The translations under genes were made by a program, and so were the position numbers. From the IMG/VR virus record IMGVR_UViG_3300045988_159706: a stretch of DNA of 64,000 nucleotides; one strand, written 5' to 3'. Below the pieces are notes generated by a model. The model was not told where the DNA came from and did no database searches. It was given only the letters and a program-made list of their open reading frames with translations. Of this stretch, positions 8,875 to 18,052 are shown piece after piece. Position 1 is the first letter of the stretch. Each line of letters opens with the position of its first letter. The stretch is from a virus.

Positions 8875-9610
8875 ATTCTTTCTGAATAATAGAAATATTG
8901 CTATATGTATTCTTCTGAATACTGTAGTGATATTTCTGTTGTCCTTTCATCGATTCCAACATGTCCTTTTGCCACTAGATGTGGCGTTTACCATATTCTT
9001 TATAATAGAGATGATTGTCAAGATTAGATGTCTTGGTAAATCATTCTTTAAGGATAAAGAATGTGTTTTTGATTTATTAATTGTTGTAGTTTCATCAATC
9101 CCATTATTTGGGTTATTCAGTTTAGATTGGATTCAAGTAATGCGATTGACTCGAATATTTAAGAGTCTTCGATTATTTGAATTGATTCCTAATTACAAAA
9201 AGTTACTTATCAATTTTAGGTTAGTAATTCGAAGTTGCATTGGAATCTTAGTAGGATTATCTATTTTGATTTTTCTATTATCAATTATTCTGTCTTCTTT
9301 ATATGGAAATGTAGTTCCAGAGTATTTTGGAAATCCCCTTGAAAGTATTTATTCAGTTTTCCGATTGTTTTCTATTGAGGGTTGGTATGATATTCCAAAT
9401 GCTATTGCTGAGCGTAGTTCCTATGTAATGGGATATTTATCTAAGTTTTTCTTATCAGGTATAGTTCTTGTTTTTGGTATATTCGGAATGGGATTTGTAT
9501 CATCTATGTTTATTGATGAGGTAACTTCAGATAATAATGATGAAGTTCTACAACGATTAAGTAAGTTAGAAGAAATTTTAAAGAAAATACAAGAAAATGG
9601 CACAACTTAA
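8825..9610 (+). CDS. voltage-gated-type ion channel (Ion_trans, BacNaV-like)
   Basis: S4-like RLTRIFKSLRLFELIP; pore-like FRLFSIEGWYD between two TM helices. Confidence 0.7.
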   Translation: MVTKPLPSPSTISGVSKFFLNNRNIAICILLNTVVIFLLSFHRFQHVLLPLDVAFTIFFIIEMIVKIRCLGKSFFKDKECVFDLLIVVVSSIPLFGLFSLDWIQVMRLTRIFKSLRLFELIPNYKKLLINFRLVIRSCIGILVGLSILIFLLSIILSSLYGNVVPEYFGNPLESIYSVFRLFSIEGWYDIPNAIAERSSYVMGYLSKFFLSGIVLVFGIFGMGFVSSMFIDEVTSDNNDEVLQRLSKLEEILKKIQENGTT

Positions 9611-11123
9611 GCCAGGATTCAAAGTAGTCCTGATCATGGTCGCTGTAATTGCAGCATTTTTCGTAATCAAAGCCGTCGTCCCTTCCTCCTCGTCGTCGGG
9701 GTCATCCTCTACTTCGGGTCTCGGCGACATCTTCGGAGGAAAACCGACCATCAACATCGGAGTTAACACGTATGCGGGGTTCGCTCCCATCGTGTGGATT
9801 AATGGTGGTCTTCGTCCCAATGACGAGTCTATCCTGACTAAGGAGTATGGCATTCGTGCCAATATCATTATCCAGGATGATTTTGTTGCTGGACGTAACG
9901 CTTTCCTGAATGGGGATATCGACCTTATTTATTGTACTACAGATGTATTGGCCGTAGAGATGGGCGAAGGTTCCGCAATGAACAGTGCTAAGTATGTAAT
10001 GATGCTTAACCGTTCTCAGGGGGCAGATGCAATGGTAGTTACCAAGAATATTCGTACCGTTGCAGATCTTAAGGGTAAAAAGATTGCAGTAGCTGAAGGA
10101 ACTGCATCTCATACTCTTCTTCTGAATATTCTTGAAACGAACGGGATCAGTCAGCATGACGTAACACTTGTGAAAGTTGATAACGGTGGTGCTGCAGCTG
10201 ACACATTCAAAGCAGGTCAGGTAGATGCTTGTGTTACATGGGCACCTGATGACCAGGCTTGTGTAGATGCTATTCCTGGTTCGAGAGTCCTTGTTTCAAC
10301 CAAACATGCAAAAGACCTTGTAACAGATGGTCTTGTAGGAAAGGCAGAGTGGCTGGATAAGAATCATAACGATGTTAAAAAACTTATTTCTGCAATTCTG
10401 TATGCAAATTCGAAGTTGAATCATGATCCTGCAACTGTAAAGGAAGCATCAAAGATTTTTGCAAAAGCGTTCGGTACTGACCCTGAGTTTGCTGAAATTG
10501 GATGTAGCAATATCTGGTTTGCAACTCTGGGAGATGAAGAGAATTTCTTTGGCATGACTTCTGATTATATGGGAATGAAGGCTGAGGAGATCTATTCAAA
10601 GATGGCTCGGACCTATGCTAATCTTGGACTTACTAAGAGTCCTCTGGGTTGGCGTAAGGTATCGGATATGTCGTTCATCGAGGAACTTTCCAATGAGGGT
10701 ACTGTACAAGGCAATCAGGCTCCTCAACCCGCAGTTAAGTTCTCTGCTGTAACATCAGAAGTCAGGGAAAAACAGGCAATTTCTAATAAGAAGTTGACTA
10801 TTAATTTCCCTGTCAATGGTGACATCCTCGACAATGATGCTCGAGCTCTTATTGATCGAGAGTTTGTTCCGATTGCTAAGCAGTTCAACAACGCACGTGT
10901 TCGTATTGAAGGTAACACTGACAATACGGGTAATCGTGCGTACAACGAGTCTCTTTCATCTCGACGGGCTCAGGCTGTAGCTAATTATTTAATTAATGAC
11001 TACGGTTTTGATCCTAATCGATTCATTATCGTTGGTAACGGTCCCAAGAATGCAATCCGTGATGGTGTGCAGGGTTCCAACATCAACTACCGAACAACTG
11101 ATTTCATGCTCGTAACTGAGTAG
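9597..11123 (+). CDS. ABC substrate-binding protein (NitT/TauT, NMT1-like) fused to a C-terminal OmpA-like domain
   Basis: N-terminal TM/signal, Ser-rich linker, SBP body, then IEGNTDNTGNRAYNESLSSRRAQAVANYL (OmpA_C-type). Confidence 0.75.
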   Translation: MAQLKPGFKVVLIMVAVIAAFFVIKAVVPSSSSSGSSSTSGLGDIFGGKPTINIGVNTYAGFAPIVWINGGLRPNDESILTKEYGIRANIIIQDDFVAGRNAFLNGDIDLIYCTTDVLAVEMGEGSAMNSAKYVMMLNRSQGADAMVVTKNIRTVADLKGKKIAVAEGTASHTLLLNILETNGISQHDVTLVKVDNGGAAADTFKAGQVDACVTWAPDDQACVDAIPGSRVLVSTKHAKDLVTDGLVGKAEWLDKNHNDVKKLISAILYANSKLNHDPATVKEASKIFAKAFGTDPEFAEIGCSNIWFATLGDEENFFGMTSDYMGMKAEEIYSKMARTYANLGLTKSPLGWRKVSDMSFIEELSNEGTVQGNQAPQPAVKFSAVTSEVREKQAISNKKLTINFPVNGDILDNDARALIDREFVPIAKQFNNARVRIEGNTDNTGNRAYNESLSSRRAQAVANYLINDYGFDPNRFIIVGNGPKNAIRDGVQGSNINYRTTDFMLVTE

Positions 11124-11124
11124 T

Positions 11125-11961
11125 ATGCAGTTGTTCAAAATGGGTGGGACGATTACCCATAAACAAGCATTGGCAACAGGTATCATAGGAGCAATAGTTC
11201 TGCTGCTCCTATGGTATCTAGTTACCATGTCAGGGGAAATCATTCGTCCTCAGATTTTACCGAATCCTATAAATGTGCTCAAGGCATATCCAGATTTAAT
11301 CTCTAACTCAGCCCTCTTTACCAATACTTGGTATACAATAAAGCTGAATCTTATGGGATATTTCTATGCTTTAATCATTGCAATCCCTTTGGGCCTTATT
11401 ATAGGATTGTTTCCCGTTACTAAAGCGTTATTTGGTAAGTATTTTGATGCCCTTCGTTATCTCCCTATACCTGCAGTGTCTGGCATTTTTATCGCTGCTA
11501 TAGGTATTGGATTCGATATGAAGGCTAGTTTTTTGGCTTTCGGCATTATTATTTACATTCTTCCTGTCGTTGTTCAACGAGTTTCCGAACTTCAGAATCC
11601 CGCTAATGATAAGGATTATGTGTATTTACAAACCATTTCAACGTTAGGTGCAACTAATTGGCAGAAATTTCGATACGTTTATTTTCCTTATGTAATGCAG
11701 CGAGTTTCCACTGATGTCATTAATCTAACTGCTATTTCTTACACTTATATAGTGATTGCAGAAACCCTTAACAAGGAAGGTGGTATTGGTGCGCTGATAA
11801 ACATAATGAGCAGACAGTCAAGAACTGCTGAAGTCTATGCACTTCTTTTCTTGATTATTGCTATCGGAATTCTCCAAGATGTCCTTCTAAAGAAATTGGA
11901 TGTTGTACTCTTTCCTTCAAAGTACAATAAACCATCCATCAAATCCAAAATAATGAAATAA
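11125..11961 (+). CDS. ABC transporter permease (NitT/TauT family)
   Basis: Six TM segments; sits between the SBP and ATPase genes. Confidence 0.8.
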   Translation: MQLFKMGGTITHKQALATGIIGAIVLLLLWYLVTMSGEIIRPQILPNPINVLKAYPDLISNSALFTNTWYTIKLNLMGYFYALIIAIPLGLIIGLFPVTKALFGKYFDALRYLPIPAVSGIFIAAIGIGFDMKASFLAFGIIIYILPVVVQRVSELQNPANDKDYVYLQTISTLGATNWQKFRYVYFPYVMQRVSTDVINLTAISYTYIVIAETLNKEGGIGALINIMSRQSRTAEVYALLFLIIAIGILQDVLLKKLDVVLFPSKYNKPSIKSKIMK

Positions 11962-11963
11962 GT

Positions 11964-12800
11964 ATGGGGCTCTTTGATGGTTTAACTGGATCCGTTCCAG
12001 TTCCCACATCTCGTTATGAGGCCGTGGATGTAATTAACTTAAGAAATCTTAACCAGTCTTTTGATACTCCTAAAGGAAAGTTCACTCTCTTTAAGGATTT
12101 CAGTCTGGATATAAAAGACTTCTCAGGAGAAGGGCAGTTTATCAGTATCTTAGGAAAGAGTGGTTGTGGTAAATCTCAACTGCTCAAAATCATCTCTGGG
12201 CTTACACAGCCAGATTCAGGTGAAGTTCTTGTCTATGGAAAACCACAGACAGGAAAAATTCCTATGGTATTTCAGCAGTATTCTTCATTTCCATGGATGT
12301 CAGTTCTTGACAATGTAAAACTTCCGCTTATTCTTCGAGGAGTTTCTGATAAAGAAGCTACAGAGAGGGCTATGGAAATGATCAAAATTGTAGGTCTGGA
12401 AGGTAATGAAACTAAATGGGGTCAGTATCCTGTGTTATCAGGAGGACAGCTTCAACGAGTTTCAATGGCGCGAGCCCTGGTTGCAGATAACAAGATTCTC
12501 TTGTTGGATGAAGCTACTGGTGCATTAGATATTGTTATGAAACGAGAGATTCAGAACACCATTTTGGATATCTATTATAACGCCAAATTCGATCCTACAA
12601 TCCTCAATGTTACACATAGCATTGAGGAGGCTGTATATCTCTCAAATCGAATTTACATTTTAGCTCCTAATCCCTGTAAAGTTCAGGCTGTCATTGATGT
12701 TAACTTTGACGGTAGGAGAACGGATGCAATTCGTCAAACTACAGCATTTGCAAATTATGTGAAACAAGTAGAACAAGTAATGTCAGAAACACATGAGTAA
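11964..12800 (+). CDS. ABC transporter ATP-binding protein
   Basis: Walker A GKSGCGKS, signature LSGGQLQR, Walker B LLLDEA. Confidence 0.9.
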   Translation: MGLFDGLTGSVPVPTSRYEAVDVINLRNLNQSFDTPKGKFTLFKDFSLDIKDFSGEGQFISILGKSGCGKSQLLKIISGLTQPDSGEVLVYGKPQTGKIPMVFQQYSSFPWMSVLDNVKLPLILRGVSDKEATERAMEMIKIVGLEGNETKWGQYPVLSGGQLQRVSMARALVADNKILLLDEATGALDIVMKREIQNTILDIYYNAKFDPTILNVTHSIEEAVYLSNRIYILAPNPCKVQAVIDVNFDGRRTDAIRQTTAFANYVKQVEQVMSETHE

Positions 12801-12951
12801 AATCAATTTCAAAGCTTTTCCTATGTATTTCAAGGAGAAGGTCTATGATGCCGAGGGCAATGTAAAGCGTAACAAAGATGGCGAAATCATTTACCAGCGC
12901 GTACAGCGTATGGTACGTCATAACGCAGCCTACTTTCCTAACCGAAAGTAA
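12793..12951 (+). CDS. small hypothetical protein (52 aa)
   Basis: ATG 12793 overlapping the ABC ATPase stop; TAA 12949-12951. Confidence 0.35.
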   Translation: MSKINFKAFPMYFKEKVYDAEGNVKRNKDGEIIYQRVQRMVRHNAAYFPNRK

Positions 12952-12971
12952 AACGGTTCTTTGAAACTCTG

Positions 12972-12997
12972 GTCGGAGATTAAACTCTCCGACTTTT
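12972..12997 (+). terminator. rho-independent terminator
   Basis: GTCGGAG/CTCCGAC stem followed by TTTT. Confidence 0.6.
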
Positions 12998-12999
12998 AT

Positions 13000-13070
13000 G
13001 GTGGAGTCGTCTAGCGATTTAGGACGCCAGTTCTCAGCTGGAAACAGTAGTTTGAATCTACTCTCCACTA
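13000..13070 (+). tRNA. tRNA-Glu: tRNA-Glu (anticodon CUC)
   Basis: Anticodon loop TTCTCAG on a CCAG/CTGG stem; T arm AGTAG-TTTGAAT-CTACT; G1-U72. Confidence 0.75.
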
Positions 13071-13274
13071 CACTATTTTAATTATTTAATTTAGTTAGGG
13101 GTGCTCCTATATAATGCACGGTAGGATATTACCTAAGTATGCCCGAGCTAGTTGCTGAGAATCTCGTTAAACTTTAGAAATGTGGGTTTCAGAATTTATA
13201 ATCCCCCGCAGCTAAAAATTCCCAGATACTATCAACTGGGAGCCTAACGGTATCCTCTTTGATAGTATCTATTT

Positions 13275-13336
13275 GGTCTGTTCGTCTAGTGATCTAGGTC
13301 AAGGTAAAGACAGAGGTTTGAATCCTCTACAGACTA
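13275..13336 (+). pseudogene. Glu-family tRNA remnant lacking an anticodon arm (62 nt)
   Basis: Acceptor GGTCTGT/ACAGACT, Glu-type D region and T arm AGAGG-TTTGAAT-CCTCT, but only 11 nt where the anticodon arm should be. Confidence 0.45.
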
Positions 13337-13352
13337 CTAATATTAGTAAACT

Positions 13353-13727
13353 ATGAAGCTTAACAAATATAAAATGAAAATAGGAATTCCTGAGTCTGTG
13401 GAATTTCTTGTATATGGAAAAGATAATTTTGAGATTCCCAAGGAGATAGAAGAGATAACTCTTCTTCAGGAAAATCTCAATAAAGAAGAGCTGGATGCTA
13501 ACTTTGATCTTCCTATATATGAATTTACTGATTTTATGATTCTTTTCCTTCCTTTTAAAGGGAAACAGAAGAGAACTAGGGACAAAATTCTAAATGAAGT
13601 AGGAATTGTTTGTTGGGGAGACTTAGAAGTTGCGTATTACAACATTCGAAAACATGGAAGTGCTCTTTCTAAAAAACAGCGGGAGCTAGTTATTGAAAAA
13701 TACTCAGAAATAATCAATGGAATATAA
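13353..13727 (+). CDS. hypothetical protein
   Basis: ORF track. Confidence 0.5.
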   Translation: MKLNKYKMKIGIPESVEFLVYGKDNFEIPKEIEEITLLQENLNKEELDANFDLPIYEFTDFMILFLPFKGKQKRTRDKILNEVGIVCWGDLEVAYYNIRKHGSALSKKQRELVIEKYSEIINGI

Positions 13728-13983
13728 ACGTGTAAAACTCACAAAAGTAGGACTCACTGGTAGAATTCCTGATGGATTGCATCCTAACGGAATTGAAGTG
13801 GGTTATATAGAGGAAGGTTATATGGTAGAGCCTCCTAAAGTTGGAGAAATGTTTCTTCTCTATCCTTACAATAAAGTAGCCTTTTGTAATACTCCCTATT
13901 TTCATACTTCTCTTGTAACAGAGGTAATCTCAGCTACTGAATTCAGAACGTTAAACAGTTTATATAAAATTGAAGTAATATAG
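13717..13983 (+). CDS. hypothetical protein
   Basis: ORF track. Confidence 0.5.
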   Translation: MEYKRVKLTKVGLTGRIPDGLHPNGIEVGYIEEGYMVEPPKVGEMFLLYPYNKVAFCNTPYFHTSLVTEVISATEFRTLNSLYKIEVI

Positions 13984-14170
13984 AAGGATTAGGTTGGTGG
14001 ATATACTTGTGTTCTGTTGCTAGAGGGATATCAACTGTCTCATTGATATGCTCCATAGTATGCTTAGCTGCTTTTTTATTACTTCTGTTTCATATTGTAG
14101 TGATGAATGTGAATTGACTTATCTATAAACCTAATGCTATAGGAGAAATATTTATTAAAGGAATTTCATA

Positions 14171-14374
14171 ATGAAACAACAATTGTATAGAGAAGTAAAT
14201 GATGGTGTAGGAACTAAACTTATAGAAGTTTCTGAGGAAGAAGTCAAAGCTGCTAAAGAAAAGTATGCTAAGACAGGTGAATGTGATTGTATTTACATTT
14301 ATGATGAATCTAGTTACTGTGGTTGGTATCTAAGATATTGTGGTATTTGTGGGAGCTTAGTTAGCCTCGTTTAA
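14171..14374 (+). CDS. small Cys-rich hypothetical protein
   Basis: ORF track. Confidence 0.45.
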   Translation: MKQQLYREVNDGVGTKLIEVSEEEVKAAKEKYAKTGECDCIYIYDESSYCGWYLRYCGICGSLVSLV

Positions 14375-14449
14375 ACATATAATACAAAATATGAAAGTTC
14401 GATTCAACAACAAAAAGAAATATTGGTATAAACCAGGAAGAGTTTAAAA

Positions 14450-15300
14450 AGGGGCTATATTATCGTATCCAAACCAGAGCCCTTGAGGTGAAAAGGAGCC
14501 ATGGATTTTACCATAAGAGAGCTTCAGGCCAACAGTCCACGATATAATGTCTAGAGCGCTGTTAGGGATACACTAATTAGAGAAGAAGGTCAGACTGGTG
14601 TATAGTCGCATATAGAGTATGGCACAGACAAAAGATCTGAATAATAGCCCATTACTAGCACACTCTAATTTTTATATATTTTTAACTTAACTGGATAGAG
14701 GGGTAACTATGTATGAACAAATTGAGTTTACAGTTACGTTGGTAGTATAAAAGCAACACATTTAGGATCACATTAGGGATAAGGGTACTGAGATGTACAA
14801 CAGACTGAGGATGAGAAAACTCACTACTGCATAAAAACAGTGAAATTCTGTAACTAATGTGAGAAGTAAGTTAAGTTAATTTTATAGACTTTCAGGCTTA
14901 AGTAAAAGACCAAGTGAATTCTGTTTCATATCACTAATATCATAGATATTCTTAAAGGTAATCTTTAGTGACCGCTGGCCTTCCGTGGGTACAGGTTGTG
15001 CTTGAAAAGAGGAAGTATAAGAATAGGCAGATACTTGCATACTTGAGAGTCATTACATCTCCTCAATGACTTGGTAAGAGAGGAGATTTTTGCATAATTA
15101 TATCTCGCGGAAATGATAAGAGTACGGATGTTTACCTGTTCTCTGATATGATTATGTTTAGACTATAGGAGTTTGATCGCTCCTATAGTCACCGTTTGCT
15201 TCAGAGGCTTAAGTCATACTAAGTAAATCTTGCCTGAATCTAATAAGCTGGAGTTCGAACCTATTCAATGACTTAGTAAAGAGAATAGGATTTTTATATA
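14450..15300 (+). ncRNA. candidate long structured non-coding region
   Basis: About 850 nt without a credible ORF under either code; 11-bp hairpin 15161-15190 has the same TTTGATCG loop as the 3537-3562 hairpin, with covarying stems. Confidence 0.3.
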
Positions 15301-15304
15301 GTAT

Positions 15305-15391
15305 ATGAAAGAAATCAAAGAATATCAAGTGTTAGGAATAGGATTTTTAGCGATAGCTATTCTTGCAGGGTTAATCCTAATTCTTATGTAG
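15305..15391 (+). CDS. small membrane peptide (28 aa)
   Basis: ATG 15305 to TAG 15389-15391; single TM segment. Confidence 0.25.
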   Translation: MKEIKEYQVLGIGFLAIAILAGLILILM

Positions 15392-15402
15392 TTTTTATTT
15401 TA

Positions 15403-15475
15403 GGGCCTATAGTTAAAAGGTTTATAACGCACGACTCATAATCCTGTATTCCTGGTTCGAGTCCAGGTAGGCCCA
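15403..15475 (+). tRNA. tRNA-Met: tRNA with CAU anticodon (Met or Ile2)
   Basis: Acceptor GGGCCTA/TAGGCCC; anticodon loop CTCATAA; T arm CCTGG-TTCGAGT-CCAGG. Confidence 0.85.
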
Positions 15476-15494
15476 CTAATTTAAGATATAAGCA

Positions 15495-15788
15495 ATGAAT
15501 GTAGATAAAGAACATATTATAAGTTATTTCCAAGATATTATTCATATATGTGAGAAGACGACAACTGGAAATGTTTCTCATCAAATGAGTAATATTAGGA
15601 TTACTTATAGTTATATTGCTGATAAAGTAAAGGAGCAATATGGAGAGAACATAGCATATAATAATCTTATGCACGTTGTAGAGCTAGTTTCTGGAGCCAC
15701 AACTGGCAACATTACTCATAAAGTTGCAACTATAAAGGGTTTATGCCGAAGATGTATTGATTTTATTAATGAATACGGATTAGAATAA
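15495..15788 (+). CDS. hypothetical protein with an internal TTGN(V/I)(S/T)H repeat
   Basis: ORF track. Confidence 0.5.
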   Translation: MNVDKEHIISYFQDIIHICEKTTTGNVSHQMSNIRITYSYIADKVKEQYGENIAYNNLMHVVELVSGATTGNITHKVATIKGLCRRCIDFINEYGLE

Positions 15789-15790
15789 TC

Positions 15791-16048
15791 ATGGGATTTT
15801 TAATTTGGATAGTGGCAGGGTCAACAATTCTATATATTTTAACGGTAGATGATTGTGAAGATTTTTTCAGTAAAGTTTTTGTATCTATAATATATTTTAG
15901 TATTTTTGTAGCAATAGTTCTCTTTGTTAAGAGTGATGTAGTGTGTAATATACACATGGAAGCTTATGAAAAGGGGAAGCTTGAGAAAGTATATACTATA
16001 AGAGATTCTGATACAACATATAAATGGACCTACCGTGAGAAGAATTAG
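15791..16048 (+). CDS. membrane protein
   Basis: ORF track. Confidence 0.5.
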   Translation: MGFLIWIVAGSTILYILTVDDCEDFFSKVFVSIIYFSIFVAIVLFVKSDVVCNIHMEAYEKGKLEKVYTIRDSDTTYKWTYREKN

Positions 16049-16394
16049 TTTTGAAACAGCTAATTTAGCTGCTGAGAAAGGATATGATGAGGACTGTGAT
16101 TCTGTTTATGATATTTATGGAAATATTATAGATATAGACAACTATGGTTTAGGTATTATTCCTGAATATTGTTGTCCAGCTCCATATCAGGCGGAGTTAC
16201 AAGAGTGGCTGAGAAACGAGCATGGAGTAAGTGTATTAGTCTATTTAGATGAAACACTATCATATATATGGACTATTACTTGTTTGCATCCTAGAGCCTC
16301 AATCATGGAATATCATCAGTCTAATGAGGTATGGTGTGGACATTATGAGGATTGCTTAGAAGCAGGCTTACAGGCAGCTTTAAAGCTATTGTAA
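16035..16394 (+). CDS. hypothetical protein
   Basis: ORF track; 8-bp hairpin CCTAATAT/ATATTAGG just downstream. Confidence 0.5.
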   Translation: MRRISFETANLAAEKGYDEDCDSVYDIYGNIIDIDNYGLGIIPEYCCPAPYQAELQEWLRNEHGVSVLVYLDETLSYIWTITCLHPRASIMEYHQSNEVWCGHYEDCLEAGLQAALKLL

Positions 16395-16617
16395 ATATTT
16401 AAAATCCTAATATGACGATATTAGGTCGCAAGTGCTCTCACTATCGGAGAAAGTAATGGTAGTTAGTAGTTATACTAGTTTAACGTGAATGAAAATAATC
16501 TATCGTTGTAGGTTTAATAGTAAAATCCAGTAACCTAACAAAGGCAGGAAAATGCAAAAAGTGCTACAGTTTTGTGAAGAGTCAAGGATAACTTGAGAAA
16601 GCTAGTCAAAACAAGAT

Positions 16618-16702
16618 GCCGAGATGGCGAAATGGCAGCCGCAGGGGACTTAAAATCCCCTGGTCAGTAATGGCCGTGCGGGTTCGACTCCCGCTCTCGG
16701 TA
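16618..16702 (+). tRNA. tRNA-Leu: tRNA-Leu (anticodon UAA), class II
   Basis: Anticodon arm GGGGA-CTTAAAA-TCCCC; long variable arm; T arm GCGGG-TTCGACT-CCCGC; G1-U72. Confidence 0.85.
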
Positions 16703-16887
16703 CAGCAGTTATTTGATTACGCAACTAGGACAATAACAGCTTATGCACGAATGCGTCGTGACGATAGGCAGGTGATAGTGAGGAAGACTACCGTAGGAAA
16801 TGACGGGGCAGATTGTAAAGTTCTATCCAGATACTTACCTCCAGCAGTGGCTAAAAGAGTATCATTTTTATTGAAATATTTTAATAT

Positions 16888-17076
16888 ATGGAAATTGGAA
16901 CTATTATAGCAGCTTGTATAGTTGCTTACTTTCTTCAACTTGGTATGGGTGCTGTATTGGGAACTAATCAAAATAAGTGGCTAAAGATTGGATTTATTAT
17001 TCCTGGTATTGGCCTCCTTGTACAGCTCGTATATTTATTTTATTGCATGTTCTATATAATGTTTGATGAGGAGTAA
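16888..17076 (+). CDS. small membrane protein
   Basis: ORF track. Confidence 0.4.
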   Translation: MEIGTIIAACIVAYFLQLGMGAVLGTNQNKWLKIGFIIPGIGLLVQLVYLFYCMFYIMFDEE

Positions 17077-17083
17077 GGTAATA

Positions 17084-17141
17084 AGGTGACATACAGCAAT
17101 CTTTTTAAATTATTGCATTTGGGTAAATATGAACGTCACCT
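17084..17141 (+). ncRNA. CAGCAA-box hairpin module (copy A), 9 nt upstream of tRNA-Ile
   Basis: Closing stem AGGTGAC/GTCACCT; ATACAGCAAT just inside the 5' strand (CAGCAA 17094-17099). Confidence 0.5.
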
Positions 17142-17150
17142 ACCATTGAT

Positions 17151-17224
17151 AGGAGTATGGCGCAATTGGTTAGCGCACCTCCCTGATACGGAGGGGGTTT
17201 CTGGTTCGAATCCAGATACTCCTA
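17151..17224 (+). tRNA. tRNA-Ile: tRNA-Ile (anticodon GAU)
   Basis: Anticodon arm CCTCC-CTGATAC-GGAGG; acceptor AGGAGTA/TACTCCT. Confidence 0.85.
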
Positions 17225-17238
17225 CTAATTACTTTTAT

Positions 17239-17679
17239 ATGTATAAAATCTTACTTTGTTTACTTTTAGCATTTACTACTAATTATGGATATTCCCAATT
17301 AAAGTATAATCAAATAGATATCGAAATCGGGTTAAGTAGTAGTATTGATGAGCCACATATAAACATGTTATATGTTGGAGGAATTATTTATAATGCATAT
17401 TTAGAGTTTCAAACCAATGCATTTACAAAAGGAATGGGGTGTAACAATCTTATAGATATGAAGGCTATAAATGTTGGAGCTGCCTTCCCTATGTATCAAA
17501 CTAATAAATTTTCATATATTATAACTCCTAAAATTGGTATATGGACTACTAATCCAAATACATATTTTTGTGGAGGATTGAATTTCAGTGTAGTATATAA
17601 GTTTATACGAATGTCTTTGCTTACAACATTTGTAAGAAGTGAGCAATTTATAGGAATTGGCTTAGGAGTTTCATTATAA
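17239..17679 (+). CDS. secreted protein, possibly an outer-membrane beta-barrel
   Basis: ATG 17239 downstream of the tRNA; signal peptide MYKILLCLLLAFTTNYGYSQ; alternating hydrophobic pattern. Confidence 0.5.
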   Translation: MYKILLCLLLAFTTNYGYSQLKYNQIDIEIGLSSSIDEPHINMLYVGGIIYNAYLEFQTNAFTKGMGCNNLIDMKAINVGAAFPMYQTNKFSYIITPKIGIWTTNPNTYFCGGLNFSVVYKFIRMSLLTTFVRSEQFIGIGLGVSL

Positions 17680-17686
17680 GTCCAAT

Positions 17687-17761
17687 TGGGGTGTGGTGTA
17701 GTGGCGGCACGTTGGATTTTGATTCCAAAAGCATCCGTAGGTTCGATTCCTACCACCCCAA
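17687..17761 (+). tRNA. tRNA-Gln: tRNA-Gln (anticodon UUG)
   Basis: U1-A72 acceptor TGGGGTG/CACCCCA; anticodon arm TTGGA-TTTTGAT-TCCAA. Confidence 0.8.
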
Positions 17762-17781
17762 CAATAATTAAAACAACAGTT

Positions 17782-17970
17782 ATGATTTGGTATATTATTT
17801 TAGTAATTTTTATCATCTATCTTTTGGTAGTTTCAGGAATTATGTTTTTCTTTGCAACTAAGTTCGGATTGGTAAATACTATTGTTCAATGGGAAAAGAA
17901 AGATACTTTTTATATCTTTTGCCCCATTGTGCATTTATTTACATTGTACTATTTCTGGACTCTCAAATAG
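17782..17970 (+). CDS. small membrane protein (62 aa)
   Basis: ATG 17782 inside track ORF 17686-17970, whose 5' part is the tRNA. Confidence 0.4.
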   Translation: MIWYIILVIFIIYLLVVSGIMFFFATKFGLVNTIVQWEKKDTFYIFCPIVHLFTLYYFWTLK

Positions 17971-18044
17971 GACGCCTTGCCTGAATTGGTTAAAGGAGCT
18001 GCCTGCAAAGCAGTTTTGTGTGGGTTCGAGTCCTACAGGCGTCT
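17971..18044 (+). tRNA. tRNA-Cys: tRNA-Cys (anticodon GCA)
   Basis: Anticodon loop CTGCAAA; acceptor GACGCCT/AGGCGTC; U73 discriminator. Confidence 0.8.
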
Positions 18045-18052
18045 CAATACAT

